Source of the DNA: Trichodelitschia bisporula
Taxonomy: Eukaryota
Assembly (NCBI GenBank): GCA_010356995.1
Contig: ML996708.1
Span: forward strand, 62,001 to 126,000
DNA: 64,000 bases
Direction of reading: 5' to 3'
Shown: in pieces, positions 1-10,483 of the stretch
Position numbering within the stretch: the first letter of the stretch is position 1
Layout: each line of letters starts with the position of its first letter
Notes under the pieces: model-generated
Seen by the model: only the letters and a program-made list of their open reading frames with translations
Databases searched by the model: none
What the model was told of the DNA's origin: nothing
Position numbers and translations under genes: made by a program

Positions 1-642
1 CGTCGAGGGCGGCGCCGAGGAGGAGTGTGGAGAGGGGGAGGGTTTGTGGGAAGTTTGCGACGAGCACGGTGATGGTTTCGTTGAGGAGCATGCCGATGTT
101 GGTCCAGATTAGAAGGGGGAGGCGGCCGTGTCTGTCGCTTAGCCGGCCCAGGTGCGGGGAGATGAGAGAGGCGAGGGTGCCGCTGGTTAGGCTGTAGAGG
201 AGCTTGAAGGTTGCGACGCGGCGCTGGATCTCCGGGGTGCGGCAGTGGTCTGGGAGGGTGGCGCCGGGGGTTTTGAGTGCTGCGGTGGAGAAGGTTGCTG
301 GTGAGGAGTAGTAGTCGTCGCAGACGAGGGCGAGGACGAGGTTGACTTTGGGCACGATGAGCCCGCCGAAGGAAATGGCCGTTAGGGCGAAGGGAATAAG
401 CAGCCAGTAGACCTGGGTGGATGTCAGCCTCGTGCTCTCAGCGTGCTCCGACGGCTGGTATGTGGAATGATAAGACGCACACTGGGCCGCCGGTGCCACG
501 GCAGTTTCTCCCACGCCGCTTCGTCCATATCGTCGTCGGTCTTCGCGCCACCCAGCAGCGGCGACGCTTCGTTCTGCTCCGTCTCCGCGCGTACCGCGCA
601 CGTATCTACCCCGCTGAGCGGATCTACCACGGCGCGAGGCAT
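1..642 (-). CDS. MFS transporter, 5' part (continues beyond the window start)
   Basis: ATG at 642. Intron 413-480 (GTGCGT...GCTGAC...CAG). Spliced product reads ...LPWHRRPSVYWLLIPFALTAISFGGLIVPKVNLVLALVC...ISPHLGRLSDRHGRLPLL, containing MFS motif A (GxLSDRxGR). Confidence 0.85.
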
Positions 643-1917
643 GGTAGGCGAGGTAGGCTCGCGGTGGGGATGGAGAGGGTGGGCATTGACGTTGAGGCGG
701 AGTATGAACTGGATTGAACGGCCATGGCGGGGTTATCAACGGCGTATCTGGCTGGCGCAGGGCGGTTGGTGGTGAGCAGCACATCGGACAGGGGTCAGAT
801 CTTGGAATTGGAGGATGCCGGACCGGGATCGGGAAGGAGCGGTTGGTGGGGGATCGGCCCGGTGAGATCGCACGGATGGGACCAGGGGATCATAAACGAT
901 AGGGTGCATGTAATGACGCGTCCTTTTCACTTCACGTGCACTGCATCCCGTTTCCCATGGAGCTCGAATAGGTATCCTGCTTTTTGGAGCCATCTTAGCC
1001 GCTGATTTTGCCTGGACGAATTGTTACTGAACCACTCATAAAATGCGGACGATAGCATAGGGAGAGTTAATTGTCGACCTTGCAATCGCGAAGAACTTAC
1101 TAACATAGCACCTAACAACCGCATCCCTCTTCTCGTATGGCGCTTCCAATATGCACCTTCAAACCTCAGCACGCAAGTGTAGCAGGCTCCATGTGGTCTT
1201 CGCGGCATCTTACCTCCCCGAGCTAGTTGCGACGTCCATGACCTTCATCTCAACCGCCTCAATATCTGGCGCATCTCGTGAGTGCTTGGATGCCTTAGCG
1301 ACTGATGGAAGGATAGACTTGGTATCTGCAATGGCTACGGCTTGAAGTGAAAGGTTGATAGAAGACGAAGAGAGGAGAGAGAGAGACAGAGAAGCTCGAC
1401 AACGAAATAAATAGTACATTGTGGGTGCCTTAAATTCTCCGCTGCTCCTTCCTCCCATGTCGTGAGCACATTACATCAAGTACCTTCCTACATAGCAATG
1501 CTCCTGCCTTGTCTACATCAGCGGCTCCGGGAAGGTACGCGACCGCCGTCCATTATGGGTGGTACCTTCCTCGACGAGAGATGCGACAGAATGGAGCGTC
1601 ATTGGAGAGCATCAATGGTGGTGCCAGTCGCTCGTCCTAGGTGAAGTCGAAAACACAGCGCTTCTAGTCATCCAGCCGTCCATTTCGAAGACGAGGTCAG
1701 CAATTTATCGTTCAAAGATTCTATCGATGATTTGTCGTTGATCATTCTGACGAGTGACGTACCGCCCTTGCCAAGAAGCTAGTCCCAGTGTTGAGACCAA
1801 GCGATTCGCGAAAGTCGCAGCCCCACATGCCTCAGGATCTTGCGGTGAAAGTAGCCACAATTTTCCCCTGGCCTCTAGCTCAGACCTTCGCCATCTCAAC
1901 CTCATCCAACCCAAACC

Positions 1918-2826
1918 ATGCGCCATTCACAACCTCTCCGCGCCGCCCTGCGCGCCGTAGCCAACACCACCACCAAACCACACTCTCCGAACCGCTTTCC
2001 GCAACCCGCCTCCAAACCCACCGGCAATGCCTCTCCCCCGCCCCACCCGCGCGCCCTCCCCTTCATGCTCCTCCTCACAGGCACTGGCTTCTTCACCCTC
2101 CTCTCCCTTTACGGCGCCTCCTACTACCGCGTCCTAACACAACCCTGCCCCACCCCCCCCTCCGACATCAACCTCAACGCAATCTACAACGCCACGGCCG
2201 GCGGCTTCGACGCAAAAGTCGACAGCGCCGAGTACTGGTCCGGGCTCATGCGGTTACGCGCAAGGCTGGTGCGTCAGGCAAAGGGCGATGTGTTGGAGGC
2301 GGCAGCGGGGACGGGGCGGAATAGCGAGTTCTATGATTCAAGACGGGTGCGGAGGTTGGTGCTTGTGGATCGGAGTGCGGGGATGCTGGGGATTGCGAGG
2401 GAGAAGTGGGAGGGGCAACAGGGGGCGGCGGAGTGGGGAGGTGGACGGGTACGGTTTTTGGTGGGCGATGTTGCGGCAGGGGGAGTGGAGGATGTGCTTA
2501 GGGAGGGTGGGGAGGGGTACGATACGGTGGTGCAGACGAATGGGCTTTGCTCGGTGGAGGATCCGGTTGCGATGCTGAGGAATTTGGGACGGTTGGTTAG
2601 GAGGGATGGGAGGGTGTTGCTGCTGGAGCATGGGCGGAGTTATTATGAGTGGGTGAACCGGCTGATGGATAAGACGGCGGCGCAGCATGCTGCGAGCCAT
2701 GGGTGCTGGTGGAATCGGGATGTGGAGGGGATTGTGAAGGAGAGTGGGTTGGAGGTGGTGAAGATGAAGAGATCGCATCTGGGCACGCATTACTGGGTCG
2801 AATTGAAGAGGCCGGAGCAGAATTGA
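1918..2826 (+). CDS. OMS1: OMS1-like mitochondrial SAM-dependent methyltransferase
   Basis: 302-aa ORF with an Arg-rich presequence-like N-terminus and one TM segment. Motifs VLEAAAGTGRN, YDTVVQTNGLCS, LLEHGRS and GCWWNRD. Confidence 0.85.
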   Translation: MRHSQPLRAALRAVANTTTKPHSPNRFPQPASKPTGNASPPPHPRALPFMLLLTGTGFFTLLSLYGASYYRVLTQPCPTPPSDINLNAIYNATAGGFDAKVDSAEYWSGLMRLRARLVRQAKGDVLEAAAGTGRNSEFYDSRRVRRLVLVDRSAGMLGIAREKWEGQQGAAEWGGGRVRFLVGDVAAGGVEDVLREGGEGYDTVVQTNGLCSVEDPVAMLRNLGRLVRRDGRVLLLEHGRSYYEWVNRLMDKTAAQHAASHGCWWNRDVEGIVKESGLEVVKMKRSHLGTHYWVELKRPEQN

Positions 2827-2926
2827 GGCTCGTGGCATGGCTCAGCGAGCATCAGCCGTGGATGAAGTAAATATGTATCTGGTCGCTTGCGGAACTTCGA
2901 ACATCAGCGGAGCACGAGACAGCCTA

Positions 2927-3026
2927 AGGGCTGGTCGAAAAAGTTAGTTGTGCCTCCCCTCTACCAGACTTTGGCAGAGGGCTAGAACTAGTCGCCGGAG
3001 GGGCATACCTTTTTTCGATGAGCCCT
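2927..3026. repeat. Imperfect multi-tier inverted repeat / stem-loop downstream of OMS1
   Basis: AGGGCT/AGCCCT, TCGAAAAA/TTTTTCGA and TGTGCCTC/GGGGCATA stems, plus an inner CCCTCT/AGAGGG hairpin. Confidence 0.6.
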
Positions 3027-5521
3027 GAGCCCTACCAGCGCAAGCATACCCAGTGAAAGCACCCGGATGCTCCACCAGAGCCTCACCTCTCCTCACCATA
3101 GGTCGCACCGCTGTCCCGCCAACTGCTCAACCACAACAACAAACAAAACCCATCCTCTCCATCCAACCCACGTGCCCTGCAGCACGAACGCCTGCACCCT
3201 GACTCGCCCTGCGCCGGGAAAAGCCCTGGAGAAAATATTTGCTGTACATTTACGCGCCCGCTCCGTGCAACGAAGCAGCCAGGCCCAGGCCGTCGCTCGG
3301 GTGTTCAACGCGCTGTCGGCCGTCGGCTGTCTTTCGTTCGCAGGCCTGCTCCTGCTCCCCGAACGAACCGTCAGCATCCGCGCAGGGATACGCCCGCTCG
3401 GGATTGACTGGTGCAGCAAGGAGCTTGCATCGTCGTACATAATATATTCTCCTTGCGCACGACAGCGGGAACGGGACAGGCGAGAGCTTACGAAAAAAAA
3501 TCAGTATCAAAGAAGGAATTCACAATCCCGTGGCAGATGTCGATTGTTGAGGAGACGAGGCTGGCCCAACCGCGACGCGGTCAGAATATGATGATGCAAA
3601 TGCATCCCGCCCCGCAGTATTCGCGGCCGGTGGCGCGGCGTTCTGGACCGGGGAGTGCCCGGCGCCGCGGGTGGGCTCCCATGTGGCTCGGATCGGGGTC
3701 GCGGTGGGCAGGGGGGGTTCGTTGGTGATGGTAGAGTGCAGGTTGATAGCGAGCTACAGTGCGGAGAGCAGAGAAAGTGGAGAGTGCATACTGTAGCAGT
3801 GGTTTAGTAGCTTCGCAAGTGCGCGGTGTGTGGTGTGGCAGGTGGTGAATGGTGGGATTGAGGGTGTGGGTTTGGGAAGTGTGCGGATCGTGGCTGGCGG
3901 GGGCAGTTTGGGAGCGGTGTAGGAGGGATTGACGAGTAGTTGCGACGTGCTTGACGTCGGCGCGTCGCGGCGAGCGATGGTGAATATCTGGGTCGAGCAT
4001 TACTGCATGGCTTCGCGGAGATAGAAAGTGAGCGACGAGAGCAAGCATACAGTGCCGATAGCCGAGGCCTGTCGCTTTGTTCATAACCCACCCAAATTTT
4101 TTTTTTCGCCCTCGCGCTTCATTCCGGATTTTTGACGCAATTTTGACAGCGCGGCGGGGGAAGCTGTGCGCGTCTTCCCCCGGCTCCGGTGGGCGATCCG
4201 GGAATTTAGGCGAGCCGCTGCGGCGTTTTGGCCTTCCTCGTTCCGCTGCCCTTCCCTGCGACAATATGCGTGGCGCTGTCACCGCCTGATGGGATGCGGT
4301 GATGGATGCAGGTGCCTGTTTCGTTAAGCTATCTGTTCTTGTTTTGATAAAGTCGTCGCGCTGAAGCCTTACTTCTTCTCGTCGTGCTCATGACTGTTTC
4401 CTCTGGCCCCCATGCCCAATGTGATGGTCACCCGGCCCTCCAGATACAGTAGTGCCTGAAACACGAAGTAGAGGGTTTCCGTGTCGATAGCGGGTAACGA
4501 TGGCGGGTGATGCGGGCGTCTATGCCGTTGAGCTGGGCGCAACGCAGCCTGTTTGGGCGGCAGGCTGGTCGCGCACCAATCGGGGCAAAGCCATGAGAGC
4601 TGACTGGCGGATCACTCAGCATACCTTTCATGATTGGGGTGTACTTTGGAGGGCTTGATGCCTTGGGCCTCCCGGTGGCTGGAGGTGAGGGGAGGGGAAG
4701 GAGAGGAGGGGAAGGAGAGGAGGGGAAGGAGAGGAGGGGCAAAGGGCGAGGACTTTCCAGTCGACTATTTTTGCCATCTCCATCGTTGTTGCCTCACCTT
4801 TTCATGCCACCTTTCATCAATCTCATTCCAACCGCGAAGCAACTCAACACCACGCCGATCCACCATCGTCACCTTCATCATCACGATGCTCATCAATGAA
4901 CTAGCGCAACCCATCATCCATCACTAAAACTATCTTCTCCCACTAGGTTGGCTCGGGCCAAGGCTGTCTCACCGTCTGCATTCTGCCCTTCCAGCCTGTC
5001 CTCCGTCCAATCACGCCCGTGTCGCACACCCCTCCCATCCACACTACCCCCCCCTCCCCTCCCTCTCCCCTCGCCCCCATCCACTCCCATCTGTCCTTCC
5101 AACCTTTTTCCGGCGAAAAAAAAAGAGAAGCGCAAGAAGCAGAAAACAAACAAGACTTCTTTCCGTTCCGCGCCAGGCTTCTCCCCTAAACTCAACATCA
5201 ACAGGAAAAGTGTCGGGTGGAGAGTCTCACCATCTGCCCTCCCCTCTCCTCCACTCACATTCCATCTATTCCCATCAACCTCCAGCTCCAACCCTTCCTT
5301 CCCCCCCCAAACACCCCGCCCTTGCCGCGCCCTTTCCACCCTTCTCGTCCACTCCCACCCCCTGGACCTTGCCTTGCCTCCGCTTGTCCCGTCCTTTCCA
5401 AAGGTGGAACCCGCGCCCACTTCGTGCTGATGCGACTTCTGGCTCGCGACCACTGAATCCATCAACATCCTCCGCCATCATCCGCATCCCCATCATCCTC
5501 CACCCCTCACATCATCAGAAA

Positions 5522-6682
5522 ATGGCATACAACACGCGACGAAAGTCAGTCTCGCTCTCCCAACTCGGCATCCGCGTGCCGGCCGGGTCGCGCGCCGCCC
5601 CCCGCGCTGCTCCTCCCTCGACTGACGAACCACCCGCGAAGAAGGTCAAACGCGCGCACGACCACCACCGTAAACCCGAACGCCGCCGCGTAGAACACAC
5701 GCCACCACCTTCGCCGGGCGAGGATGGCGCCTTTGTCGACACTGAGGGCATCGATGACGAGATCGTTGTCGCCGTCATCAAGCAACTCGAAAAGACGGGC
5801 AACCGGCCACACCTGCTGAAGGAGCTAGCGGCGGTGCTGTGTACGAGCATCCCCATTGTGACGAGGTATGACCACCACCCGCCTTCTTCCCTCCAAGCTA
5901 ACGCCCGCAGCTCCGCCAACCAGTCCGCCATCATCTCCTCCCGCCTCGCAAACTACCTCCGCCGCTCATGGACCGCCATGGCTCCCTGCCCATTGGGCAA
6001 AGAACTCGTCGGCACCCACCCGAAGCGCATCTACTTCTTCCTCACGACGCAACCGCGCCAACCCCTGCCAGCAGCACCAGACGCGCCCCTCCCCATGGCG
6101 CGCATAATCTCGCCCTCGTTGACGTCAGCCGATGACGAGTCGGACCCGGACTCCGACGCCGAAGACCCCGCCCTGCGCGCACGTGCCGAGCTCTCGCCCT
6201 CCCCCGAAGTCGATCTCTCAGCACCAGAACTCGAGGGTCCGGAGGTTCGGTTCGATCCGCACGGCTTTTCGGGCGTGCAACCGCCGGCGCCGCCGCATAA
6301 TGCGCTTGGTGCTAATACGCCCCCGCTTGAGCGTGACGAGCGCGAGTTTACGGCTACGGCGTGTAGTCTGCAGAGGCGCCGGATGGCGCCTTCGGTGCCG
6401 GTGGTGCAGATCCAGGGGAGCATGGAGCAGAGCTTTGTGGAGGAGAGTGATGATGGTGCGGCGTGGCGGAATAAGGAGAGCGCGGAGTTGTTTGGGTTTG
6501 GGCGCGCGCTTATGCCTGTTGGTTTGCCGCTGCCGCTGGCGAGGGCGTGGGCTGGTGCCGATGCTTCATCACCCATGCTGAAGCCTGCAATGCACGCAGG
6601 CGATGTGGAAGCGAGGGCGTACGCGGTGTGTTGTGAAGCGGTTCAACTGGAGGAGTTGGAGGACTTGTTTGAAGCTTATTGA
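5522..6682 (+). CDS. GDS1-like winged-helix protein
   Basis: Starts MAYNTRRKSVSLSQLGI. Conserved block GIDDEIVVAVIKQLEKTGNRPHLLKELAAVL...IISSRLANYLRR...HPKRIYFFLT. C-terminus ELEDLFEAY. In-frame intron 5866-5910 (GTATGA...GCTAAC...CAG). Confidence 0.8.
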   Translation: MAYNTRRKSVSLSQLGIRVPAGSRAAPRAAPPSTDEPPAKKVKRAHDHHRKPERRRVEHTPPPSPGEDGAFVDTEGIDDEIVVAVIKQLEKTGNRPHLLKELAAVLCTSIPIVTRYDHHPPSSLQANARSSANQSAIISSRLANYLRRSWTAMAPCPLGKELVGTHPKRIYFFLTTQPRQPLPAAPDAPLPMARIISPSLTSADDESDPDSDAEDPALRARAELSPSPEVDLSAPELEGPEVRFDPHGFSGVQPPAPPHNALGANTPPLERDEREFTATACSLQRRRMAPSVPVVQIQGSMEQSFVEESDDGAAWRNKESAELFGFGRALMPVGLPLPLARAWAGADASSPMLKPAMHAGDVEARAYAVCCEAVQLEELEDLFEAY

Positions 6683-7828
6683 AGATTATTTTTCGGGTAG
6701 ATTTCGCGGTGGTTGGGTGGGTGGGGTGGGTGGTATTCGGCGGGAGATTTGGAGTTTGAGGTCCGGTGCTTCTTTTTTTTTTTGTACGGGACACTCCGCT
6801 TTGATTGTGGCGATGTGTGTGTGGAGGGGGGTGCATTGTTTTCGCGCTGCTAGTTCTGGTGCTGCGAGTTTGCTTCGACGCCTGCTTTACGGTCATCGCG
6901 ATTACCCGGTACATGGTTACCGGCTGCGCCACTCAGTGTGGCTGAGAGGGGGAGATTTGTACGATACTGCTGCGTTTGCGTTGATGGGGCGGAAACGTGG
7001 TAGTTTATGTATTGGGGGGACTCTTGTACGATAGGGGATTCGTACGGGACAGTTTTATGATCATGAGGGGAGATAAAATTGACATGTTAAGCTTGTGCTG
7101 TGGTTTGGCTTTGGTGATGGGCGTGATGGTGAGTGGAGGGGGTGGGGGTTGAGGCTAGGGCAAGGCTGAGAGGCATGTCACATGTCTTTAAACCTCAGGG
7201 CGCGAGATCTAAGATCGTGCGATTCGTGATTTTAAAGTTTGATAGCAATGGTTAGGCTTCATTTAAGCTCCTTCATCCTGCCTGCGGAGAGCTGATGGGC
7301 GACCAGTAGGGTACAAGAGTCACGTGTTCCCTTCGTCAAGCGGAATCCACGGCCTCAATTCCGCACGGCATCAACTTCGTCTACTGCCCCGCTATTCGAA
7401 GGACTCGCCTGCCCACATCATCCCTGAGCGCAGAAGCACCGGCCTGTACAGTCAAGCGGACACCTTATGCTTGCAGGACCTGTGTCTAACCGGGCCGGTC
7501 GGGATGCCGGGCGTCGGGCCGAGTGGATAGGGCGGGGTGTCGAACCACGCTCTACATGTCGGGTCAACGCACCTCAGTTTTCGGCCTATTGCCCACTGTA
7601 CCCGTTCTCACGTGGGATGGAAAATAGATCCGCACCATCTCCCTGCAACAACAAGGGCCCCGTTGTCGCCGCGCCGGCTGCACACGCGTCCAGTCACGTG
7701 TTCTCCGGGGATGGAGAATACGAGCGGGGGCGGAGTCGGGACGAGGGGTGCTGCTGCCTGAGGGCGGGGAGTATATATGTTGCGCTGGTCTGCGTTGGAC
7801 ATAAAGATTGGGCTTATGGGAAGACGTC

Positions 7829-8353
7829 ATGGCGACGGGGCGGGATGCGCGACTGGAGCGGCGTGATGCGGAATCCGATTACCTGGCTCTGAGCGGAAAT
7901 GATGATGGACATGGGGACGATGCGGAAGAGGCGGTGGACAGCAAACACGGCGAGGACGTTGGCCACGGAAACGATGGCAGATGTCCGGAAGCTGCTGACG
8001 ATGCGGCCGTGGATGGGGAGGTCGAATCGCGGACAACCATCGAGCTTCGCACACTCGGCGAAGAGCCCGTCGCGGGTTCGCAGGACGGATATACCCCCGA
8101 AACTGCACGGGCCGAATCAACGCCAGACCTCTACGGCTTTTCCTTCGATACCTTTTCCAGCCAGGCGGTCGCGTACCTCAAGAGCCAAATCGAAGCGGAA
8201 ATGCAGCTTCGCCGCGTTCCCGGAGATGGGACGGATGGAATCTCAGATGATGGGAATGGGTGGCGGGAGGACGACGCGGTGCAATATGCGCCCAGTGGGT
8301 ATGACAGCCGGTACCGTGCTGAGGAGGTGAAGGGGCGGGATTTGGTGGTTAAT

Positions 8354-8403
<50 letters not shown>

Positions 8404-8596
8404 AGAGGCGTGGTGGCGGCGACGGCAGGCGTGTGAGATGACTGGTGTGAGGACTGAGGAGAGGAGTGCTTTTAAGGGCGCGAAGATGGATTTGACGGAT
8501 AAGTTTGCGGACCGGGTGGAGGGGGAGAAGATGGAGGGGAAGGGGCGGGCTGCGTGTGGGGATGATGCGGGGAGGGGCGCGGTACTGTCGTTGTAA
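7829..8596 (+). CDS. Hypothetical acidic low-complexity protein containing poly-Gly encoded by a G47 run
   Basis: Open frame of about 255 codons from ATG 7829. No recognisable domain. The frame across the G-run is uncertain. Confidence 0.5.
8356..8402 (+). repeat. Poly-G homopolymer (47 nt)
   Basis: Directly visible uninterrupted G run. Confidence 0.95.
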
Positions 8597-9082
8597 ATGG
8601 GAGATGGGGAATGGTAATGGTTGCTTCCTGTTCATAGGCGTAAGGGTATCGTCCTCTTTTGGATTCCGAGCTCAAGGTATCGGGGATTGGGCCGCTGCTT
8701 TGTGTCTTTCGGGTCCGCCCGTGGCTAGCGGCGCAAGGCTGAGCCGCGAGCTGGGGCGGAGGGGACATCTTCCTTCTGCAGTTGCGACAACCAACCTTCT
8801 TTGTCAAGAAACTGAAACAATTTGAATCCAGCATGTCACACAAATACTTCAAATCTCCAAATCCAGTGTCCTCTCCACTGGTTTCAGCTTATCACGTGCC
8901 TTCAGCATGCGCCGCGATGTGTGGGGCTGAGCCCTCAGCCCCCGCCGACGTCAGTGAGGCGCAGCCGGGGCAGCACTGCATAAAGTCAACATAGCACCTT
9001 CCGTTGGTATCTCCGCAATTTTTTCGCTCGCATCGATCTCTGAATCTTTATCTTCCGCCAACTGTCTATCGTTCTTGAAATC

Positions 9083-10099
9083 ATGTTCGTCGTATGGAAT
9101 TCACGAATGGACCAGGAAATCGAGGATGATTCCCAGCCGAATCCAAACGACTCTCTTTTCTCGAGACCCGACGGTGAGAATGCAGCCAGGGAAAACGACA
9201 CGAGCGAAACTGCAGCTTGCTATCCAGGCAAGAACGTCGGCAACGGCACGGATTCCCATTCCCAAAAGCGGAAACGGGACGCCTCGAACTTGGACTTTGA
9301 GAATGTCGATAGCAACACGGATTCCGACTCCCGAAAGCGAAAACGCGACGACTCGCACTTAGATCCTGAAGAGGACGCGCGAGTGGGAGCCGACCCAGAG
9401 GAATGGAGTGGAGGATACGATTACAGGGAAACCACTTCAGAGTCCTTCCTGGACTTCGAGGAATACACTGTGGACTTCGAAAAATACGCCGTAGACCTTG
9501 AACAAGACCACCAACACCTCGAGGAACACTACCGCCTGTTCTTCGAGGATGTAGAGCCAAGTTCGGAGGCGACGAGCCAGTCGGGCAACAAGAGTGTCCA
9601 GATTTCCGAGGACTCGGCAAGCCGACTCTTCGATACTGTGGAGCCCAAATTTGAAGCAACTCCTTTCGCCGCATCCGGTGAGCCTATCTCTTTGGGCGAT
9701 GTGTACAGTCGGTTCCGGGACGAGAAATGGGAGGGAAGAGATGCAGCGCTTAATGAGTTAAGGGAGAAAATACTGGCGAAGGATAAATACCCAAAGAACC
9801 CTGAGATGCAACGGGAAGAGCGGAAGTTAATCCGGCTGAAAGACCAGACGGGACGCGAGAGGAAGCGGCAGGGAAGAAGTATGTGGATACCCTGGAGCGG
9901 CTGGGGGTACCTGGATCCACAGGACATGACGCCGCTGGTGGATCCCAGCGATGCTGCGGCTACAACGAAAGATGCACTGGATGTGAAGAAGGGCGATTTC
10001 GAAGCCGCGAGGCTGGCTCAGAACGACAAAATTGCAGATCGGCTGGATACGAGGAAGGCTGAGAGCGCGGGCGCGAGTATGACGGAGCCTGTCGGGTAG
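9083..10099 (+). CDS. Hypothetical acidic protein with duplicated KRKRD NLS-like motif and 7-aa repeats
   Basis: 338-aa uninterrupted ORF with coding-like composition. Internal repeats TDSHSQKRKRD/TDSDSRKRKRD and DFEEYTV/DFEKYAV. Confidence 0.7.
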   Translation: MFVVWNSRMDQEIEDDSQPNPNDSLFSRPDGENAARENDTSETAACYPGKNVGNGTDSHSQKRKRDASNLDFENVDSNTDSDSRKRKRDDSHLDPEEDARVGADPEEWSGGYDYRETTSESFLDFEEYTVDFEKYAVDLEQDHQHLEEHYRLFFEDVEPSSEATSQSGNKSVQISEDSASRLFDTVEPKFEATPFAASGEPISLGDVYSRFRDEKWEGRDAALNELREKILAKDKYPKNPEMQREERKLIRLKDQTGRERKRQGRSMWIPWSGWGYLDPQDMTPLVDPSDAAATTKDALDVKKGDFEAARLAQNDKIADRLDTRKAESAGASMTEPVG

Positions 10100-10483
10100 T
10101 GTTAGGTTAGGCTTTGCAAGTTGTGTGCGAGGCAAACTGATTTGCCGCCCTGCTGTACAGTACTACCTGAATGCGGAACTCCAATCGTGATGCCCGAAGC
10201 GCGCCGAAATAGAGCGCGTCATGCAGTCTCTTACTGCATTTGGGACGGAAGCTTTGGCGCATTCCTCTCAGCCTTGTAATTGGCAGCTTCGTGGGCATAC
10301 CTTTGACATCCCCACGCTCAGCCACCACCTTGCAAGGACAGGGAGCTGCACCTCGCATTCTTCTGCTGCGGACAAGGCAGATCGCGAGTATCCTCGTTTA
10401 AAATATCCACGACACTTAAACCGACATGTCTCTCGCTCCTAGCCTGATGCCCTCCGACGACTTGTTCCGTTTTTACGGCCACG

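Noticed and set aside
960..1850. Exon-like pieces on the - strand (e.g. AVAIADTKSILPSVAK...)
   Set aside because: Some splice signals are present, but no coherent stop-free model or recognisable motif could be built.
3352..3491. Possible TPP riboswitch in the structured intron
   Set aside because: The TPP core motifs (CTGAGA and the CCTGAT/CTTGAT...TAAT segment) are absent, and there is no thiamine gene nearby.
3786..3810. CAG|TATGC on the - strand resembling a [D1,2] stwintron junction
   Set aside because: The upstream donor is preceded by T rather than G, and the branch site (CTAAAC) is non-consensus.
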